A stretch of 32,000 bases of DNA from Candidatus Saccharimonadota bacterium (lineage in GTDB: Bacteria > Patescibacteriota > Gracilibacteria > Absconditabacterales > Absconditicoccaceae): assembly GCA_965231145.1 (NCBI GenBank), contig OZ246420.1, forward strand, positions 1-32,000, written 5' to 3'. The notes under the pieces were generated by a model, which saw only the letters and a list, made by a program, of their open reading frames with translations, was not told the DNA's origin and did no database searches. Both the position numbers and the translations under genes were made by a program. This document shows, piece after piece, positions 18,244 to 28,017 of the stretch (the first letter of the stretch is position 1; each line of letters opens with the position of its first letter).

Positions 18244-20046
18244 ATGACACTATTTAAAGATTTTGGCCTGAAACCAGGCATTATGAAAGCAATTGAAAAA
18301 GCTGGCTATACTGAGCCAACACAAATCCAAGCAGAGGTGTGGGAGGCCGCAAAAAGCGGCCAAAACATTGTTGGGCAGTCACAAACAGGGACAGGAAAAA
18401 CAACAGCATTTCTTCTTCCTCTTCTTGAAAAGGCTGACCCAAGAAAGCGTCATCCACAAGTGCTTATCGTAGCTCCTACTCGTGAACTTGTAGAGCAAAT
18501 TCGCGCAGACATTATGAAGCTTACTGAATTCTACACTATGAGATCTCTCGTGCTTATGGGAGGAAAGAAGCGCGAATGGCAAAAGGAAGATCTTGCTCGT
18601 GGACCTCAGTTCATCGTAGCAACCCCAGGAAGACTTATAGAGTTTATGGAGGAAGGATTTCTCGATCCTACACAAATAGAATATTTTGTTCTCGACGAAG
18701 TCGATAGAATGCTTGATATGGGATTTATCGATGATGTGGATCGGATCTGGGATCAGTTAACAAACCTGAAGCAGACGATGACATTTTCTGCAACTATTAA
18801 CAATGAAATTAAAGACGTGATCACAAAGCATTGTACAGATTTTATTAATATTAAAATCTCTGCAACTGTTACGGTAGACGCCATCGACCATACATATATT
18901 GATCTTCCTCTTGCTGATAAGTTTCCAACACTTATGCATCTTCTTGATGAACATAAGTGACAGAAGACTATCATTTTCGCACAGACAAAGAGAAATACAG
19001 AGGTGATTACCAATGAGCTTAAGAAGCACGGATATACATCTGCATATCTCAATGGAGATCTCGATCAGCGCCAGCGTACAAGAGCGCTTGATGCGTTTAA
19101 AAAAGGCATCTGTAAAGTGCTCGTAACAACTGACGTTGCAGCTCGCGGACTCAATATGGATAATGTTGAGCTTGTAGTAAATTTCGAGGTTCCTCGTGAG
19201 CCGGAAAGTTACATCCACCGTATTGGTCGTACAGGTCGTGCAGGGGCAACCGGTAAAGCACTCATGCTTGTTGCACCAGATGAGAAACATCTTATTTACG
19301 AAATAGAAAAAACACAAAAAATAAAGCTTGAAAAGTCTTCAGCTCATGGAGCAAAAGAAGATACAGAAGGAAAGTTTTCTCGTGTACAGCTTGATAAACC
19401 ACTTCCGCCATCAGACAAGAAAAGAAGAATGATGGAAAGAAGAGAAAGAAATGCGGCTGGAGGAAGAAATTGGGGAAATAAATTTGGTGCTTCAAGGTCT
19501 GAAAACAGAGGTGGATACGGTGACCGCGGAGGTAGATCGTTCGGTTCAAGAGATGGCGCAGCTCCAAGAAGCAATGAAGATCGTCCAGCAAGAACATATG
19601 CTCCGAGAGACGCATCAGCACCAAGAACATTCAATAGAGCGCCATCTACAGGAGAGAGAGCAGAGAGCAGAGAACAGAGTTATTCTGCGCCAAGGGCGCC
19701 AAGATCATTTGGTTCAAGAGATGGTGCGGCTCCAAGAAGAGAGCGTCCAAGGCGTGATGAGGCGTGGACTTCAAGAAATTTTGGCAATACAGTAGGCGGA
19801 TACGATGTAGACGCTACTCGCGAGCAAAGATATTTTGGAGAGTCAAAGTTTCTCGGAAGAAAGGCTGCTGACAGAGCAGGGAGAGAGTTTGATCCACATA
19901 AAGGACGTCCAGCGAGACCACAAAGACCTGGTGATAACTTCATCGGTGCTGATCGCGGACCAAGAGCTCCAAGAACGTCAGCTCCAAGAGGAGCTGGTTC
20001 AAGATCTACTGCTCCAAGGCCAAGAGCTCCAAGAAGAGAAGCTTAA
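18244..20046 (+). CDS. DEAD-box ATP-dependent RNA helicase with a long Arg/Gly/Pro-rich C-terminal tail
   Basis: Track ORFs 18187..18960 and 19003..20046 share a frame and are joined across the TGA at 18958-18960 (LLDEHK-G-QKTIIF). The gene runs from ATG 18244 and encodes 600 aa. Motifs seen are the Q motif (GYTEPTQIQ), motif I (GQSQTGTGKT), Ia (PTRELV), TPGR, DEVD, SAT and HRIGRTGRAG. The tail contains two copies of RSFGSRDGAAPR. Confidence 0.92.
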
Positions 20047-20080
20047 TCCATTATTGATGAATAATTACTCATTAATAACA

Positions 20081-20106
20081 AACTCTGTCGTAAGGCAGAG
20101 TTTTTT
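20081..20106 (+). terminator. Intrinsic terminator of the helicase gene
   Basis: The stem is AACTCTG / CAGAGTT with an 8-nt loop, followed by TTTTTT. It starts 35 nt after the TAA. Confidence 0.7.
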
Positions 20107-20112
20107 CGAATA

Positions 20113-20140
20113 CAAAAAATCTGCTGGAGAAGGCAGATTT
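20113..20140 (-). terminator. Intrinsic terminator downstream of tRNA-Cys
   Basis: On the minus strand the stem is AAATCTGC / GCAGATTT with an 8-nt loop, followed by TTTTTTG. It lies 35 nt downstream of the tRNA 3' end. Confidence 0.55.
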
Positions 20141-20174
20141 CTTATTATTATACAATGTGTTCATTTCGTGTTAA

Positions 20175-20247
20175 GGCACCAGTGGGATTCGAACCCACGA
20201 TCGAAGGCTTTGCAGGCCCCGCCATTAGACCGCTCTGGCATAGTGCC
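20175..20247 (-). tRNA. tRNA-Cys (anticodon GCA)
   Basis: The reverse complement reads GGCACTATGCCAGAGCGGTCTAATGGCGGGGCCTGCAAAGCCTTCGATCGTGGGTTCGAATCCCACTGGTGCC. The acceptor stem is GGCACTA / TGGTGCC. The anticodon loop is CT-GCA-AA. The T-arm contains GGTTCGAATCC. It is 73 nt long and CCA is not encoded. Confidence 0.9.
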
Positions 20248-20348
20248 ACATATTCAATTGGTAATTATCAATTTTAATTACGAATTATAATGTGTGTCCT
20301 AGAGGATACGGATTTGGTTTGTGTTATCAATGTTTTGTCTTGTTTGTT

Positions 20349-20383
20349 TAAAAATCCCCCGACAGATGATTTGACCGAGGGAT
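20349..20383 (-). terminator. Intrinsic terminator of the CofE-like gene
   Basis: On the minus strand the stem is ATCCCTCG ... CGGGGGAT (8 bp including one G-U pair, which would be a C-A mismatch on the plus strand), followed by TTTTT. It starts 9 nt after the TAA at 20392-20394. Confidence 0.6.
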
Positions 20384-20391
20384 TAGATTGT

Positions 20392-21129
20392 TTATTGTTG
20401 TCTTCTGACGATGACGATCGGTGTCATCTCGTCGTTTTGGCCCATAGGATTGTCGAGGAGGACGAGGCGTACTGTCGCTTTGTCGACGGGCATAGATTTT
20501 GACATTCATAGAACCTCGACATTTATGTTGTTGCCATCGATAATGGCTGCAGGAATTCAATATTTATCTTCGATGTGCTGACAGAACTGGTCAGGCTTTC
20601 CTGGTCAAATCATAGCAAACTCGTCAAATGGTGCCATGGCATCCGGATTAAATCCGTCTATTTCTGAGATCCTATGTCCAGCAATGCGATAAAAATCTCC
20701 GCGTCTTCAGAATAGTCTTGTAAATCCTCCGATGATCATCGCAAAAAATACCCTGAGCCATCCGGCCTGCATGATCGCTACCTGCATCTTGCGCGGATGA
20801 GAATAGCCGATGTCGCCTTTGTGTTTTGTTACTCATTTTACCACGAGCTTTGCGAGCCACCCTGGCTGTATAACTGATTCGTGCACAACTCTTCCTTGCG
20901 AGATTGTCACCACTTTTTCGGAAATTGCAATCCGGTCTCCAGCCTTGATGAGAGGAAGGACATACTTTTCTATGAGCGGATCAAACTCTTCTTTGATGTG
21001 AATCATGTGTGTTTTCACGCAGATTCTTTCGTATTTTGTGTTATGTATTTCTTTTAAAGACATATCGAATGAAATGTTAAATTCTAAATCTTGAATTTTA
21101 AATATAATATTGTATTTATCATTCAGCAT
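20392..21129 (-). CDS. CofE-like (F420-0:gamma-glutamyl ligase family, PF01996-type) protein
   Basis: Track ORF 20833..21129 ends at a TGA. I read it by hand through 6 in-frame TGA codons to TAA 20392-20394. Family-type segments are GDRIAISEKVVTISQGR and, near the C-terminus, LLDNPMGQNDEMTPIVIVR. An internal ATG at 21061-21063 is an equally plausible start. Confidence 0.7.
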
Positions 21130-21152
21130 TTAGTGTTTCGGATGGAGAGCCA

Positions 21153-22169
21153 TTAGATCTTCCGCTGTTTCTTATCTTCCTTTAGCTTATATGCTTTGTA
21201 CAAAAATTTATTTCCGATGATATCATAGCTTCCGGTAAGCTCGTATTTTACACCTCACATGGACTCCTTAAAATGACTTACCGTCACTAATTCGTGTTTT
21301 GGATAGCCTGTTGGAGCTCCACCCATAAGGTCAAATATCTGATAGCCCTCTTGTTTTGCCCGTTTAATAACCTCCCACTTGAGAAAGTTATTTGCTCCTA
21401 TGTTTCCTGCTTTTCTGTCGGTTGCTCCGTACAGATAGATGATTGCGTGAGCGCTCTTATCAAGAAGGTAGATGCTTCCGCTGACGATCTCTCCGCTCGG
21501 AGTTTTTACTAGCATGAGTGTCCCAGCCTTTTGTTTGATGCAGTAGTCTCTGAGAGCATGATACATTGGCTTTGTCAGTACAAAAAAGCTTTTCTTTGAG
21601 GCTGTGCCAGTCCAGATTTTATAGAACTCATCCCATTCTTCGAGCGTGGCGGTTGTCATCTGGAGGTGGTGTCTCTGAGCCTTCTTTATGGCTTGTTTAC
21701 AGTTTGAAGTCACGTCATTCCAGAGCTCATCCTCCTTTTTTCTGAGGTCTATCATGATGGTGCTGTTTGGTAAATTTTCTTTGAACCCTACCTCCAAATT
21801 GAAAAGCTCACGCATCTCCTGCTGAGTAATATTGCGCTTCAGTCTGATGGCTTTTAACACTGTTTCATTTTTATTAATCTTGCATGGAAACCCATCAAAT
21901 GGATCGATAATCCCAAGCTGGAAGAAAAGATCTTCTTTGTTTTTCAGAAATTGCTCTTTAATGTTTTCGATGTCTTTCTTGAGTTGCTCGTGTTTGTCCT
22001 GTATTTCAACTCCTAGTACCTGATACCACTTAAATTTCCATGGCCCTACCTTCTTGTCTCTGATAACGCCAAAATGGCGCTTCCCAAGTAGCTCTACTTC
22101 AAATGTCGGCTTTCTGTACACATCTTTCGTAAGGTCGTATCGAAGCTGTGATTGATAGAAGTTATACAT
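21153..22169 (-). CDS. FemAB/MurM-family peptidoglycan peptide-bridge aminoacyltransferase
   Basis: Track ORF 21255..22190 has a TTG start and ends at a TGA. It continues to TAA 21153-21155 (FKESM-GG-VKYELTGSYD). The start is taken at ATG 22167-22169. The N-terminal motif is FYQSQL-x-YDLTK, where x is CGA at the conserved Trp of FLQSxxW. Core segments are IYLYGATD and GANNFLKWEVIKRAKQEGYQIFDLMG. Confidence 0.85.
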
Positions 22170-22340
22170 TGCGCGTTGCGCCTGTTGCAAGTTAAAAGTT
22201 TATAAATTCAAAAACCGATTATAGATTTTCGATAATTGATATTCGAACATCGAATAGCTTTGGGTATATGATAGTCATTACTGATTGTATTTCAACGCCG
22301 GATCTGTACAATTTCAGCATTTATTATTTACCGTTTTTCT

Positions 22341-22631
22341 ATGTCAGACAAGAAACACCTTGAGATATCTGGAGAGCTGTACGACGCTATCCAGCAACTG
22401 AAAGAGATATTCGCTCAGATGAGCGGAAAACCAATCGAAAGCGATGAAGATGTGCTTTCTATCCTCGTATCTGGATTTATCGATAGCGTGATGCACGAGC
22501 AGCAAGGAGGAGATGAAGAGGCAGAAGCAGCTCACGATCATAAGCACGGAGGACATCATCATGGGCATCATCACCATGGAAAAGATGAGTGTTGTGGGGG
22601 AAAGGGTGAAGACTGTGCTTGCAAGTGCTAA
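22341..22631 (+). CDS. Small acidic protein with a His-rich and Cys-rich C-terminal tail, a putative metal-binding protein
   Basis: This is a 96-aa ORF from ATG to TAA, followed by a strong terminator. The tail reads HDHKHGGHHHGHHHHGKDECCGGKGEDCACKC. I do not recognise the N-terminal ~55 aa. Confidence 0.6.
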   Translation: MSDKKHLEISGELYDAIQQLKEIFAQMSGKPIESDEDVLSILVSGFIDSVMHEQQGGDEEAEAAHDHKHGGHHHGHHHHGKDECCGGKGEDCACKC

Positions 22632-22652
22632 ACATTCATTACTCAATAGAAG

Positions 22653-22677
22653 AACTCTCAGCCATGAGAGTTTTTTT
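22653..22677 (+). terminator. Intrinsic terminator
   Basis: The stem is AACTCTCA / TGAGAGTT with a GCCA loop, followed by TTTTTTT. Confidence 0.75.
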
Positions 22678-22707
22678 GTATCAAAAAACTCGGCAGAGTG
22701 CCAACTA

Positions 22708-23193
22708 TTAACTTATAAGCTTATCAATATACAACACGCCATCGAGGTGATCGATCTCATGTTGGATGATCGTTGCATTATAGTCAGAAAATTTATCAGT
22801 ATGTTTCTTGCCATTGAGATCTAGCCAAGTAACCTTGATCGACTGATGTCTGAGGACGTCTCCCGAGAGCTTTGGAAGCGAAAGACATGCCTCTTCTGAG
22901 ACTATCATTTTATCAGATTTGCTAATTATTTCTGGATTTATCATAACAGTATCGCCGACTCTTTTCAGTCTTTTTCCGTCGTCTTTCCAGAAACTTACAG
23001 CAATCATCCTTGTATTTTCGCCTATCTGAGGGGCGGCGAGCCCGGCTCCTTCGTACTCGTACATGAGTTCTAAGAGGGCTTTCCCAAACTCCTTTGTCTC
23101 CTTTGTAATCTTGCTTACTGGAGCGTTTTTTGCTCTGAGAATAGGATTGTTTGCTCCTGTCTCAAGAGGGTATTTTTTGCTCAGCGTACTCAT
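22708..23193 (-). CDS. def: Peptide deformylase
   Basis: The track ORF is 22708..23271. Motifs seen are GAGLAAPQIG, EACLSLP (the EGCLS motif) and QHEIDHLDG. The start is taken at ATG 23191-23193 (MSTLSKKYPL), and an upstream ATG at 23271 is possible. The stop is TAA. Confidence 0.9.
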   Translation of the reverse strand: MSTLSKKYPLETGANNPILRAKNAPVSKITKETKEFGKALLELMYEYEGAGLAAPQIGENTRMIAVSFWKDDGKRLKRVGDTVMINPEIISKSDKMIVSEEACLSLPKLSGDVLRHQSIKVTWLDLNGKKHTDKFSDYNATIIQHEIDHLDGVLYIDKLIS

Positions 23194-23303
23194 GGGTAAA
23201 ATATGCGAAATAATAAATGAAAATGGCTTTCTTTCTTTGAATCTCGGTGATTTATGGTGTAAACCCCGCATTTCCTGCCTAAAGCAAGCATACAGATTTG
23301 TTC

Positions 23304-23331
23304 TTGAATATCAAACCTGAAATCCTATACT
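23304..23331 (+). promoter_or_regulatory. Candidate sigma70-type promoter for tRNA-Ser
   Basis: The -35 box is TTGAAT (23304-23309), followed by a 16-nt spacer and the -10 box TATACT (23326-23331). It lies about 55 nt upstream of the tRNA. Confidence 0.4.
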
Positions 23332-23385
23332 TTGAAACTGTCGCTCGTTACAGAGCGGCTGAAAAACATTCAACCCAAGTTGAGT

Positions 23386-23475
23386 GGAGAGATGGCAGAG
23401 CGGTTGAATGCGACTGTCTTGAAAACAGTTGTCCTTTTGCGAGGACCGTGGGTTCGAATCCCTCTCTCTCCGCCA
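23386..23475 (+). tRNA. tRNA-Ser (anticodon UGA, reads UCA/UCN), class II with a long variable arm and encoded CCA
   Basis: The sequence is GGAGAGATGGCAGAGCGGTTGAATGCGACTGTCTTGAAAACAGTTGTCCTTTTGCGAGGACCGTGGGTTCGAATCCCTCTCTCTCCGCCA. It closely parallels E. coli tRNA-Ser(UGA). The anticodon loop is CT-TGA-AA. There is one U-U mismatch in the T stem. Confidence 0.92.
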
Positions 23476-23570
23476 TTTATACTCTTATCGTTTCTATGCC
23501 CATATATCCCTCCAAAAAGGTAAACAGAGCATGAAAAACAACAAAGAATATTGGAAAATTCCTTATTACA

Positions 23571-24632
23571 TTGGTAAATCTTGTAGTATTCAATTATCTG
23601 ATCATTTACGCGGATAAGTTCCAACTTGCGGTACAGACATCTCCAGTGAAAGCTTCTTTCACGAATGTCATGCCTACGGCAAGCGCGGATATAAACGCGC
23701 AGTCTATCATTTTTGATAACAATGATCTTGGTGGCAACCTTACCTATATCGTAAGATCGGGTGACACTATCGAATCTATTGCTGCAGATCTGAATACGAC
23801 AGTAGACAATATTAAGAAAGTAAATAATCTGAAGGGTAACGATCTACGTGCCGGACAAAAATTGACTATCAGTCAATTGCCAGGTATCATTGTTACCATG
23901 CAGGAAGATATAGCGCTCGGAGATTTCATTAGCGCATACGATCTCAGTGAGGTCGATATTAAAACGCTCAACAACATCGCGGACTCAAGAAAGATTATCC
24001 ATAAAGGATGAGAGCTCTTCATTCCTATTAGCGAAAAAGATGCTCAGGACAAAGGTCTCATAGAGAAGCCTGAACCGATTGTTGCACAGCAAAAACCAGA
24101 CGTACCAACAACAAAGCCAGATACAAAGCCAACATCAACAACTACCAATACTCCTGTAACAGCAGCAACCGTTGCCCCATCTCCTAAAAAGGTAGTAGCA
24201 ACAGTAAGTCAGATTGTCGCGTCAGAATGAACAAGTACCATTACCTATAAGAAAGGAACAATCCTTGCAACATGGTACCAAAAAACGACAACAGAAGACG
24301 GATTTGCGGCAGGTTATTGTACAGCCTATGCTGCTCAGAGAAGACCAGATATCTTCAAGAGTGATGTGACATTCCGTGGAAATGCTAAGGAGCGGAAAGC
24401 AAATGCAAAAAGAGCTGGATATACTGTAACTAATACACCATCGAAAGGAGCTATTGTTGTCTACCAACCCGGCCAAGGATGAGCATCTTCATATGGTCAC
24501 GTAGCTATCGTAGAAAATGTAGACGAAGAAAAGGGTCTTATGACTATTTCAGATATGAATGGTCCTGCTGGAAGAGGCGTGGTAACAACTCGTATTGTTC
24601 CATATGGCGAATGAGAAAGTTATATTCCATAA
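23571..24632 (+). CDS. Secreted peptidoglycan hydrolase with LysM repeat(s) and a C-terminal CHAP domain
   Basis: Track ORF 23571..24011 has a TTG start. It continues through 4 in-frame TGA codons to TAA 24630-24632. It has a LysM domain (YIVRSGDTIESIAADLNTTVDNIKKVNNLKGNDLRAGQKLTI), a Pro/Thr/Lys linker and a CHAP domain (AAGYCTAYAA ... GNAKE-x-KANAKRAGY ... YGHVAIVE, with x = CGG). The true start is ambiguous (see findings). Confidence 0.85.
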
Positions 24633-24689
24633 TCGGTAGTCGTTTTTACAGGAAACGATTGTAAACATATGCTAAATGCATACAATGAA

Positions 24690-24714
24690 CTCGACAGCGG
24701 TGTCGGGTTTTTTT
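24690..24714 (+). terminator. Intrinsic terminator
   Basis: The stem is CTCGACA / TGTCGGG with a GCGG loop, followed by TTTTTTT. Confidence 0.7.
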
Positions 24715-24843
24715 GACCCCAAATCTTTGACACATTTTAGATTTCTTTTCGTATTAGATAGTATGCTTATGAGATGAAGAAAATCTTCAAGTAAATATAG
24801 AATTCAAAAGATGCACTTTAGTAACAACATTTTCGGAGGCAAA

Positions 24844-27800
24844 ATGTCCTGGCTCAAGCAATTTTGGACATGGCTCACAACCGGTATCGTTCGAAAGACT
24901 ATTCTTTTTGGCTTTTTGGCCGTGGTTCTTATCGGAGCTCTCTGGTTTTATGTCGCGGTGATTAGTACGCTTCCAGATCTCAATGATATTAGTAAATGAT
25001 TTTCACAGACAACAATTATTACCGATAGAAATGGAGAGACTCTTTATAAGCTCTATGACGAAAATAGGGTATATGTAGGGTATGATCAAATGTCTCCCCA
25101 TGTTATTAATGCGATCGTTGCTGCGGAAGACCAGGACTTTTGGACCAACCAGGGATTTGACTATAACGGACTTTTGAGAGCAGTCTGGGCAACTATCAAA
25201 AATGGGACGCTCAGTGGGCCTGGAGGTTCAACAATTACGCAGCAGCTCATCAAGCTTTTGCTTCTTTCAAACGAAAAAACGCTCACAAGAAAAGCGAAAG
25301 AGATTATCCTCGCAACAAAACTTGATGATTACTTTCAGGCAGAGATCAGTAAAGAAAAACCAGACCTCTCTTCATCAGAGCGCAAAAAAGAAGTTAAGAA
25401 GCACATCGTGGAGATGTATCTCAACTATATCTTTCTTGGAAACAACTCTAATGGTGTAGAGGCGGCATCGAAAACATACTTTGGGAAGTCGGCTAAAGAT
25501 ATAGATATCCTGGAGTCTGCGATTCTTGCATCTATGGCACAGCGTCCTTCTACCGTAAATCCATATAGAAATGTTGGTCAGCTTATGGGGCGCTTTACAG
25601 TAACACTTGATGGTGATGCTGTTGATGCCACAACCGGAGTTATCATGCAAAAAGTAGTGGAAAGGATGATCAGCAATATCAATGACTCATCAAAATCTGT
25701 AAGCAAGTCAGCAGGAGGGTTTATGAGTTACGTAGAAAAAATAGGAGATTTTAGTCTAGAGATAGAAGGACAAGACTATGATGTTATCTTCACGCCGGGA
25801 AGAAAAGATTACACCCTTTCAAGAATGTATGAAGATGGGTACATCGATGCACAGCAAGCAAAAGATGCGTTTATCGAGGGTCTTACTTATCAGTTTAAAA
25901 GCGCAAGGATAGATATCAAAGCTCCTCACTTTGTCTTCTGGATTATCGAATGGCTCAAGAGTGAGGGTTATACAGAGGAGCAACTAACAAAAGGAGGTCT
26001 GACCATCAAAACAACGCTTGATCTCAAGGCTCAGGATATAGCAGAGAAAAGTATTTCTGATAATATAAGCACTATCAATGGATATGGAGCGAATAATAGC
26101 TCTATGCTTTATCTCGATAGTCTCAATGGTGATGTGCTTGCTTACGTGGGTTCAGCAGACTATAACAATGAAGAGATCGCAGGAAAGGTCGATATGGTGC
26201 AACAACTCAGACAACCCGGTTCTTCTATCAAACCGCTTGTCTACGCATACGGATTTATGAATCTTCCGCTCACTATAGATACTCCGATCTACGATATTCC
26301 ATTTAAGATTGGTAATGATGCTCCAAACAATAATGATGGACTTGTAGAGGGTGTGTTGCCCCTCAGAAAGGCGCTTGGACACTCAAGAAATATCCCGGCA
26401 ATCAAGATGTACTTCGCTGCAGGAGGACAAGATAAGCTTATACCCTTTTTCAATAAGCTTGGTATTGATTCTTATGATTCAAAGAAAGATTATGGATATC
26501 CGCTCTCTATCGGAGCAGGAGAGCTCAAGATGATGGAACTCGCACACGCATATACACAACTAAGTTCTATCAATGGAGCTCCAGCAAAGATTAATCCCAT
26601 CTTGGAGATCAAAGGGCAAGGAGGAAATATTCTCTACCAGAAATCACAGGAACAGGAAAAACTTCAGGAGAAGCTTATTCCGGGGGGAGTAGGTTATCTC
26701 ATGTGGAAAATGCTGACAACGGAAGAAAATCTTCCTGCAGCTTGGGTCGCAAATTTTAGGGTGTCATGACTGCTCTATGCTAACAAGTCGGGTACGACAG
26801 ATATGAAAGATCCAAAAACAGGAAAAAAATTACCAAGAGATGGTTGGCTCGTAGGATATACTCCATCGAAGGTGGCCGTGTTTTGGGCTGGAAATACCCA
26901 GGGAAATCCTATGAATGTGAATGCATATGGAGGATGGGTAAATGGAAAAACATTTAGGCAGTTCTTTACACAGCTTCGCAGAGATGATCTTATCCAGTCA
27001 GAAAATGTATCACCCATAGAAGTCAAAGATGTGACGATCTCAAAGATCTCAGGGAAGCTTGCTAGTGATAGTACACCAGAGGAACAAAAAATTGTGACGC
27101 AGGCATATCTTTCAACAACACCTACCGATGTTGATACGACTACAACCGCTATTCAAATTGATAAGGCATGTATGGGTAAAATCTCGGACGTCACTCCAAG
27201 AGAAGATATTGTTAAAGGATATCTGATCAAACCAACAAGTTTCATGCCAAATAATATGGATGTCGATGATATTACGAACTGGTGGAAAGAGAAAATGACG
27301 CAGCCTGTGAGTGGAGAAGTTCAAGAAACGCTGACGAATATATTTCTCGAAGAGCCGACAGAAGTGTGTGCCAATAGACCGTCCCTTGGTGTGCAGGATG
27401 ACAGTGTTGTAATTACCCTCAAACAACCCCATGGCGATGGAAAGGCGGCGCAGACGTTTAGTGTCTGGTATGATATCACGACAGCGGCTCCACTTTCAAA
27501 AGTAAGGATCATGCTTGATAATCAGGATGTCGGTGATTTCGCTTATGCCAGCGCATGAACAAGAGTAAATGATATCAAGAAAGTAACAGCCTCTGTTCCT
27601 CTCAGCGCAGAAACACATACGCTTACTGTTATAGCAACAGACAACACGTGAAGATATAATAAGAAGAGTATCACTATCCGTGGCGTGAGTGAAGATATTG
27701 TAGCTCCATATCTCTTTGCGGATACGATGACAGTAAGACCAAGGGCTGATGGACAATACGACGTCGTTATGCTCTTTGTCGATGATCTCTCGGCTATCAA

Positions 27801-27966
27801 GTCAGGAAAGATATTTATGACTGACGGTACGCTCATCCATAGCTTCAATGGCAACATCGCTACCTATAAGGTGAAAATACCGCAAGTACTACGTTATGAA
27901 GTAAGCGATGTCTATGGCAATATAGTGAAGAATGAAATTGATCTCACGAAATATATAGTAGAGTAA
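24844..27966 (+). CDS. Bifunctional class A penicillin-binding protein (PBP1A-type transglycosylase/transpeptidase) with a long C-terminal extension
   Basis: Track ORFs 24811, 25090, 26803 and 27685 share a frame and are joined across 4 TGA codons. GT51 motifs are AAEDQDFW, GGSTITQQL and RKAKEIILA. Transpeptidase motifs are SSIKP (SxxK), HSRN (SxN) and KSGTT (KTG). An N-terminal TM helix is present. A GGAGG lies 5 nt upstream of ATG 24844, and ATG 24811 is an alternative start. The stop is TAA. Confidence 0.92.
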
Positions 27967-27967
27967 T

Positions 27968-28007
27968 AAAAAAGAGGGCTCTCGCATCAGCGGTTCCTCT
28001 TTTTTAT
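27968..28007. terminator. Candidate bidirectional terminator between PBP1A and dnaX
   Basis: The stem is AAAGAGG / CCTCTTT around an 18-nt loop, flanked by an A-run and a T-run, between convergent TAA stops. Confidence 0.5.
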
Positions 28008-28017
28008 TTTATGATTC

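Noticed and set aside
19292-19943. Several long track ORFs lie on other frames or the other strand inside the helicase tail (19292..19630-, 19344..19634-, 19451..19795+, 19680..19943-, 19835..20290+).
   Set aside because: They overlap the well-supported helicase frame in a locally GC-rich, repeat-rich segment. They are compositional artefacts with no motifs.
20248-20300. A TATAAT (minus strand, plus-strand coordinates 20284-20289) upstream of tRNA-Cys could be its promoter.
   Set aside because: No acceptable -35 box lies at 16-18 bp, and AT-rich intergenic DNA produces such hexamers by chance. I did not report it as a feature.
22215-22260. TTCGA-containing repeats (TTTTCGATAATTGATATTCGAACATCGAA) in the femAB / His-rich divergent region could be an operator.
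   Set aside because: The repeat is only loose and imperfect with no clear dyad symmetry. That is too weak to call.
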